Part shown: piece by piece, positions 46,330 to 51,758 of the stretch
Position numbering within the stretch: the stretch's first letter is position 1
Layout of the letters: every line of letters begins with the position of its first letter
Origin: Nitrospinota bacterium
GTDB taxonomy: Bacteria > Nitrospinota > Nitrospinia > CAJXCL01
Direction: 5' to 3'
Length of the DNA: 51,758 bases
Assembly: GCA_036011265.1 (NCBI GenBank)
Contig: DASCNB010000011.1
Span: forward strand, 1-51,758
Program-made: the position numbers and the translations under genes
The notes under the pieces: model-generated
What the model was told of the DNA's origin: nothing
The model's database searches: none
Seen by the model: only the letters and a program-made list of their open reading frames with translations

Positions 46330-47964
46330 CTACATATCCATAAAAAAAGAATGGGCTAATTTGTAATTTTCAAAATTCCTAATTTCAATCCAGCCACTAT
46401 TAACCTCAATACCGTATACACTTACTCCTTTATCAATTATTTTTTGTATAATCTGTAGAAAATGTTTTCTCTGTTCTGGTAACTCTATTTTGCTTTTCTG
46501 CTGACGATAAGCATCCTTGAAAATCGCTATCCCTTTTTTTGAAAAATAGGATATTCCTATATATTCAAATTTTGCTTTTTGTGGATCCATATCTTTTCCA
46601 ATTTGAAGAATTTCATTCTCTTTTTCCTGGAACATCTTTCTTTCACCTTTTATTGGATCTTTTTTGGCAACAATATAATCAATAGATGAATCTTTTCTTG
46701 GCATTGAACTATTCATCAGCAAAACTATATCAGAAGAGGTATGGAGTAATTTTTTTATAATCGATTTTTCAAAAAGAACATCAGAAAATATTATCAAGGT
46801 ACGACTGTTTAAACTATCCCTTACCAGCATAATTGAATCGACAAGTGAAGTGTTTTCAAAATCGGCATTATTAAGATAAGTTACACCTTCCAGTTTAAAC
46901 TTCTCTGAATTGTAACCTGTAATTACTGTAATATCGTATAAACGTAGCCTACTAAGAGTTTCAACATTCCTCTGAAGAATAGATTTTCCGTTAATATCAA
47001 GCATTGCAATTGGATAATCTTTAACTATATCCTCCAAAGATTCTTCATAGCTCGGATCTCCCGCAGCAGGGATTATAACTTTTATATCGCTTAATTCTTT
47101 TTTCAAATATAATTTATCCGCTTCCTTAAGTCGTGACATCCCTTGCAATTCAAATACAGTATTCATTGATACGATCGACTTATCAATGGTTTTCAAATTT
47201 TTTCCACTTTTTATAACTTTAAGAACTTTGTTAACAGCCTTGATAGCAGCCCTTATGCAATGATTTGCATAAATTATCATTTTTATACCCATCTCGGCCA
47301 TTTCCTCGACATGTGGCAGAGGATAGGTTGTGGGTACAACAATAAGGGGCGCCCTTTTATTCCATCTTCTACAAAATTCCTTTATTTCTGATATATCTTT
47401 TGCCTTGGAATGTATTAAGATAGCATCTGCGCTCGCATCTACATACGCATTTGCCCTTTTTATAGCTTCATCTATACCCCAACCGGCAATGAGGGCCTCT
47501 ACCCTTGCAAACACCATAAAATTTTCATCTTCCTGAGCGCTCTTTGCTGCCATAATTTTTCCAACAAATTCTGCAATGGAAGCCAGTTCCTGTTTGCCCG
47601 GAACAAAGCTATTCATTTTTGGAAATAATTTATCTTCAATACATACAGCGGCTATATTTGCTGCTTCATATTTTTTTACCATATGGATTACATTATTTGT
47701 ATTTCCATACCCTGTATCACAATCAGCTACAACAGGGATTGTTATTGACTCGTTCATTTCACAAGAACGTTCCAAGTATTGACTCATTGTTAAAATACTG
47801 GAATCAGGAACTGCAAAAGAGGTCGATATCTCCAAACCAGACGCCCATACCCCATCAAACCCGTTTCTTTCAACAAGTTTTGCGCCCAAGCCATCATGAG
47901 CACCGACAATTTTTATTATTTTGTCTTTCTTAAAGAGTTCTCTCAGTTTTTCTGATTTTTTCAT
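46330..47964 (-). CDS. pepM: phosphoenolpyruvate mutase fused to a C-terminal nucleotidyltransferase domain
   Basis: 544 aa. The first about 290 aa are GAHDGLGAKLVERNGFDGVWASGLEIS...CIEDKLFPKMNSF, carrying the PepM-diagnostic EDK-x5-NS motif. The last about 250 aa (about 46330-47082) are an NTP-transferase fold: VIIPAAGDPS...LDINGKSILQ. Confidence 0.85.
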   Translation of the reverse strand: MKKSEKLRELFKKDKIIKIVGAHDGLGAKLVERNGFDGVWASGLEISTSFAVPDSSILTMSQYLERSCEMNESITIPVVADCDTGYGNTNNVIHMVKKYEAANIAAVCIEDKLFPKMNSFVPGKQELASIAEFVGKIMAAKSAQEDENFMVFARVEALIAGWGIDEAIKRANAYVDASADAILIHSKAKDISEIKEFCRRWNKRAPLIVVPTTYPLPHVEEMAEMGIKMIIYANHCIRAAIKAVNKVLKVIKSGKNLKTIDKSIVSMNTVFELQGMSRLKEADKLYLKKELSDIKVIIPAAGDPSYEESLEDIVKDYPIAMLDINGKSILQRNVETLSRLRLYDITVITGYNSEKFKLEGVTYLNNADFENTSLVDSIMLVRDSLNSRTLIIFSDVLFEKSIIKKLLHTSSDIVLLMNSSMPRKDSSIDYIVAKKDPIKGERKMFQEKENEILQIGKDMDPQKAKFEYIGISYFSKKGIAIFKDAYRQQKSKIELPEQRKHFLQIIQKIIDKGVSVYGIEVNSGWIEIRNFENYKLAHSFFMDM

Positions 47965-47985
47965 AAATATATTCCTAATCCGGTA

Positions 47986-48963
47986 TTATCTCTTTCCAAT
48001 TAAATATCTGCTTTCATATTCCCCAGCCAAGGTATTTAAAATTTGAAAATATTCGCTCGATGTATTTTTTTTTATAAACTTCAATTTTCTTTCTTTATCC
48101 TTAACGTCAATTTTCCTGGGAACCCTTTGTTTTTTTAAAGAACGGGTAGTTTTCTTTGTTACTTCTGACCTTATTAAATTTGAAATTAACTCCAGATATT
48201 TATTCGGTGATTCAGCAAACTTTTCAAAAGGAATAAATAGAACCTGTTTTTTTACCGATTCGGAAAGTGATTCATATTTGTTCAGCGACTCTTTAGTAAA
48301 AATATCCACAATTTTAATTAATCGATCTATCGGAGAAATTTTTAAAAATTCCTCAACCCAGCCTGAAGCATAGTAAAGGACATCACCATCTATGCTTTTT
48401 ATAGCCAACTGCCATAGGCGAGGGTTTAATCCAGTACCAACTCCATGACCGCGATCATCCAACGAATAAACCAAATCAACCGGGTGCCTAACCATCTCAA
48501 TCACCCGGAGCCTATCTCCATAAGCATCGATGTATAAATCTATCCTTCGTAAAATATCATGAGTCTGAACTAAAAAAATGGGTCTTTCCTTTTCTATTCT
48601 TTCTAAAACAATATCGCCTTCTTTAGAAAACAACCTCTTAAAATACTTGAGAAAATTTAAACTACTGAAAACCCCTGTACGATCACTAATTTTAAAATTT
48701 GTGTTTCGAGAAATCATTGAATCATATAGTTTCATGTCTATTTCACGACATAGCAAAGCCAGAGCTGCATCCTTCGTGATTTTTTCAAAACTATATAACA
48801 GCGGGATTGATTCAAGGATTGGTTCCATACGCTCTATTTCTACTCTGTCAAAACTACTCAATATTGGCCCTAACATCGATTTCCCTGTACGAGGAAGTCC
48901 GTCTACCAAAATCAACTCTTTAACAATTCTATTGCTTCTTGCAAATTCAATATCCCGCATCAC
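47986..48963 (-). CDS. sulfotransferase-family protein (candidate PAPS-dependent)
   Basis: 325 aa. 5'-PSB-like GLPRTGKSML near the N-terminus and 3'-PB-like MVRHPVDLVYS about 130 aa later. Confidence 0.5.
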   Translation of the reverse strand: MMRDIEFARSNRIVKELILVDGLPRTGKSMLGPILSSFDRVEIERMEPILESIPLLYSFEKITKDAALALLCREIDMKLYDSMISRNTNFKISDRTGVFSSLNFLKYFKRLFSKEGDIVLERIEKERPIFLVQTHDILRRIDLYIDAYGDRLRVIEMVRHPVDLVYSLDDRGHGVGTGLNPRLWQLAIKSIDGDVLYYASGWVEEFLKISPIDRLIKIVDIFTKESLNKYESLSESVKKQVLFIPFEKFAESPNKYLELISNLIRSEVTKKTTRSLKKQRVPRKIDVKDKERKLKFIKKNTSSEYFQILNTLAGEYESRYLIGKR

Positions 48964-49294
48964 ATTTCCATTTCCGATTTACCAATTCCTTTTTTAGACT
49001 AAACTTTTTCGTAAAACTGTTAACAGCTATGTCAAGTGACGCGTTTCTGATTGAAGCTCTTTCCCCCCAAAACACAGCATAACATTTTACAGGCAGACCA
49101 TTGATTAACAAAGGGAATATTGAATTAAACAATTCAAATTACAAGTAAACTCAAGTTGCAAAAAATCTAGACAGTTCAGGACAATTGGAATCTACAGGTT
49201 TAGAATCTGAAGAATAAACGCCATGAAGGGCGCATATATTAAGGATACACAAATTCATAAATCTTAAACTATAGGGCTATTAACTTTATATTTT

Positions 49295-51298
49295 TTATAA
49301 TGACTCTTCATTGCTATATTTTACTTCTCTTCTTAAAAAATTTATTCCTCCTACCCTAAATAAGAGGTTTGAAATCCCTTGATCCGAATTTCCAAAGAGC
49401 TTGAGTCTGGAATTTATTTCGCTTGCGGATTCTTTGTATATGTAAAAAGTACAATTCAAGCTTCCTTTAAATTCATAGAGTTTTTTAGAGGATGTGTCGT
49501 CAAACCACTCGGGCATATTGTAGTCAAATGATTTTTCAATAGGCTCGTCGTAAGAGTTTTTGAGATTAATATATCTTGATATCGTGAATTCTTTCAAATT
49601 CTCCAGTTCCGTGTCATCATGATCGGGTGCTAAATTCTTTATAAAAAAATCAACCATCAAACCTGCATAATCAGTGATTAACAAAGCATAGTAGGTCTGT
49701 ACGAGATTACCACCGATTTCACCTTTTAATACTTTTGAAAAATTTTCTTCATTTGAGCAATAATTTTTTAATTCTTCGACAGTCTCAAATAGCTCTCCTT
49801 CTGCATCGTTTCTATACCTATTAAAAACATCAACAAGGTTATTGGGGGCGGATTCAGAATTTTCGACCAAGGCCTTAATAAACTCATAGAAATTCTGCCC
49901 TTCTTTAATGTATTTTAGAAGTGGTTCAAAAAGCACACTGTGCACAGTCTTCATAATCAACTGCAGAAAACGGGATTTTTTGTAATCTTGTAAACTAAAC
50001 TTATTTGTAGAAACACATATTTCTTCGTATTCAAAACAGTTTTCGCCAAAAAACCTTCCGATATCACGCGGTAAAATCCTGAACCTTGTTTGCATATTAT
50101 ATCTATCTCTAAATTCCTTTGTCTTGATCTCGGTACCATTTAACATCATTAAATTGTGCACAAATACATTGTCAACCCCTGCAGAAATCATAAACCTATA
50201 GGATTCAAAATGACTTTCAAGCGTTTCCATAGGCAAAGGCAGGATTGTTTGGCCTTCAAGTTTATCATCCGGGTTATTAAACGAGTCTTTCAGCTGAATA
50301 TAGGTATTGGCATCGATATTTTTTCTTTTAATGGTTTTTAATGTATCAGGATTTGTGGATTGCAGTGCCGCACGGATAGTTATTGTGCCTGGCTTTAATA
50401 TATTAACAGCTTTGATAACTTTATAAGCATCCTTTCCAGTAGCAACAGTAATACTTTGCGGCCAGTTTTTCTTATCTTGAAGCGTCCGAATAAACTTACA
50501 AATCTCAATATCCCTGGGAAACATTGCAAAATTGCTATCTGTAATATGAAGTAGGGATTTTTGGGCTTTGTTTGAAATATAATCTAATTCCGCCTTTACT
50601 CGTTCAATAGAAAAAAATCTTACCTTGCTATATGTTTTATTGCCCTCATAACAATAAACACAAGAAAACGGACATCCTCTTGTAGTCTGCATCATAGGAA
50701 GAAGCTTTGTATTAAAAAACTTATCCATTGTACCATCTAGATATGGAGAAGGAATCTCTTCTAGCTTTTCATGCCTATAAAAGGGTGAATCAGATGAGAC
50801 AATATCACCATTGCCAGAGAGACAAATAACTCCGTTATGCACATTTTTTTTTATTTTTTTAATTTCGCCATTTTCCTTAATATAATTGCTTACTATGTTT
50901 TCAAATGGTATCTCGCCATCACCACAAACATAATAATCTATATATGGCCTGTCTCTTAAGAATTTTCCCTGACTGCTTAAATCGTAAGAAATATTTGAAC
51001 CACCCATAACTGTCAAAAGATTACTATTCTGTTTTTTAAACTTCCGCAATATCAATGATGATAATTCCAATGTCCACGGATAATTAGTTGTACCCAATAT
51101 GTCTGGAAAGTTCCTATTAATTTTTTCCTCTAATTCATCGACAAATCTAAATATTTCTACACTTACTTTTTCAGCTAAAACTTTTTTTAAGTATGATGAT
51201 AAAAAACTGATCGAAAGAGGAAAAACATAGTTTGATAACACCCGGTTTTCGTATACAGGATCTATCAAGTAAATGGTTACTCTCTTATTGTCAGACAT
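49295..51298 (-). CDS. B12-binding-domain-like radical SAM enzyme #5 with a long C-terminal extension
   Basis: 667 aa. N-terminal Rossmann-like region (VTIYLIDPV...DILGTTNYPW...VMGGSN), TTRGCPFSCVYCYEG, and about 250 aa of unrecognised C-terminal sequence. Confidence 0.7.
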   Translation of the reverse strand: MSDNKRVTIYLIDPVYENRVLSNYVFPLSISFLSSYLKKVLAEKVSVEIFRFVDELEEKINRNFPDILGTTNYPWTLELSSLILRKFKKQNSNLLTVMGGSNISYDLSSQGKFLRDRPYIDYYVCGDGEIPFENIVSNYIKENGEIKKIKKNVHNGVICLSGNGDIVSSDSPFYRHEKLEEIPSPYLDGTMDKFFNTKLLPMMQTTRGCPFSCVYCYEGNKTYSKVRFFSIERVKAELDYISNKAQKSLLHITDSNFAMFPRDIEICKFIRTLQDKKNWPQSITVATGKDAYKVIKAVNILKPGTITIRAALQSTNPDTLKTIKRKNIDANTYIQLKDSFNNPDDKLEGQTILPLPMETLESHFESYRFMISAGVDNVFVHNLMMLNGTEIKTKEFRDRYNMQTRFRILPRDIGRFFGENCFEYEEICVSTNKFSLQDYKKSRFLQLIMKTVHSVLFEPLLKYIKEGQNFYEFIKALVENSESAPNNLVDVFNRYRNDAEGELFETVEELKNYCSNEENFSKVLKGEIGGNLVQTYYALLITDYAGLMVDFFIKNLAPDHDDTELENLKEFTISRYINLKNSYDEPIEKSFDYNMPEWFDDTSSKKLYEFKGSLNCTFYIYKESASEINSRLKLFGNSDQGISNLLFRVGGINFLRREVKYSNEESL

Positions 51299-51427
51299 AA
51301 ATTCTCCTATGACAAAATCTGCTTGTGTTTAAAATAGTGCTTTTATAGAGTTAGCAAAATTTTTATAAACCCAATTGTTTTTTTAAGTATTCCGTTGATT
51401 CAACAATTTGGTCGAGAGTGGTGGAGG

Positions 51428-51758
51428 CTACTTGCCTGTGCATTTAGTTACTTTTTTAATCGAACCCTTGTAACAATCCTGTCGAAAAAAAAGTCTGCTT
51501 CTCCGCACAATTCCCGGCCGAGACAATACATTTTGAAGTAGGGCCATCCTTGGCCACTCACCAGCGACTGTTTGGTGAAGATAAGCCCAATGAACTCCAT
51601 CATTATTATATTTTTTGTCAAAAAAAAATCTCAACCAAAGCATCTTTGCCTTATATGAGAATTAATCTTTCTTATTTCCGGATTTTTACTGATGTAATCA
51701 GCTATAAATGGCAATTTAAAATCCCTTTTACACTCTTTCATTTTCCCATATAGCTCAC
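51428..51758 (-). pseudogene. possible frameshifted gene fragment at the right window edge (SGNH/GDSL-like C-terminus?)
   Basis: Two overlapping minus frames. ...ELYGKMKECKRDFKLPFIADYISKNPEIRKINSHIRQRCFG* is open to the window edge. The track ORF is MLWLRFFFDKKYNNDGVHWAYLHQ.... DGVHW resembles the SGNH block V D-x-x-H. Weak. Confidence 0.2.

Noticed and set aside
46330-46332. Pyrrolysine or programmed read-through at the pepM TAG
   Set aside because: No pyl genes are present in the window and no read-through context is recognised. It is kept only as the least likely explanation for the in-frame extension reported above.
41253-47964. Fosfomycin or another free phosphonate antibiotic biosynthetic cluster
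   Set aside because: No HppE-type cupin epoxidase, FomD-like hydrolase, FomA/FomB-type (amino-acid-kinase fold) resistance kinase, peptide ligase or exporter is visible. The module is embedded among glycosyltransferases, so a cell-surface phosphonoglycan role fits better.
2643-50341. Many 60-135-aa plus-strand track ORFs nested inside minus-strand genes, e.g. 2643-2882, 9554-9886, 10811-11167, 16498-17195, 25004-25672, 29224-29622, 32748-33155, 47619-47933, 48578-48997
   Set aside because: They lie antisense to long ORFs with clear family motifs, have low-complexity Ser/Phe/Ile/Lys-rich translations typical of shadow frames in AT-rich DNA, and show no recognisable motifs.
1-51758. CRISPR arrays, tRNA or rRNA genes
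   Set aside because: I noticed no regularly spaced direct repeats of 25-40 nt, no cloverleaf-capable G+C-rich 70-90-nt segments, and no rRNA-like conserved stretches. Intergenic space is small apart from the regions described.

Overview
AT-rich (about one-third G+C by eye, not computed) 51.8-kb bacterial window. It is almost entirely one very large glycoconjugate-decoration locus of about 45 genes. Nearly all genes are on the minus strand, and many have 4-25 nt start/stop overlaps. Recognisable parts: (i) Nucleotide-sugar and glycosyltransferase genes: WecB, two extended-SDR epimerase/dehydratases, a DegT aminotransferase, one GT4, three GT2, two polytopic GT-C-like membrane proteins, a PIG-L deacetylase, an LbH acetyltransferase and three class I SAM methyltransferases. 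(ii) A phosphonate module: PEP mutase fused to a nucleotidyltransferase, phosphonopyruvate decarboxylase, a B12-binding radical SAM, a second nucleotidyltransferase and an Fe-alcohol dehydrogenase. This mirrors the early fosfomycin pathway but lacks an epoxidase, a hydrolase and an AEP transaminase. (iii) Sulfation genes (APS kinase, sulfotransferase-like) bracketing that module. (iv) Two carrier-protein acyl modules: FkbH-ACP-FabG-MaoC, and DmpG/RhiG-like aldolase - adenylase - ACP - AAC(3)-like transferase. (v) Seven radical SAM enzymes in total, five B12-binding and two SPASM/twitch type. Decayed DNA marks the module borders: MntA/HepT and PIN toxin-antitoxin remnants, an rve-transposase remnant and a wecB N-terminal fragment. 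I saw no rRNA, tRNA or CRISPR array. The best candidate for something new is a CMP-activated, possibly C-methylated hydroxyalkylphosphonate decoration pathway, embedded in a glycan locus that is also sulfated, acylated and radical-SAM-modified. All functional calls come from motif and architecture recognition by eye; no database search was run.
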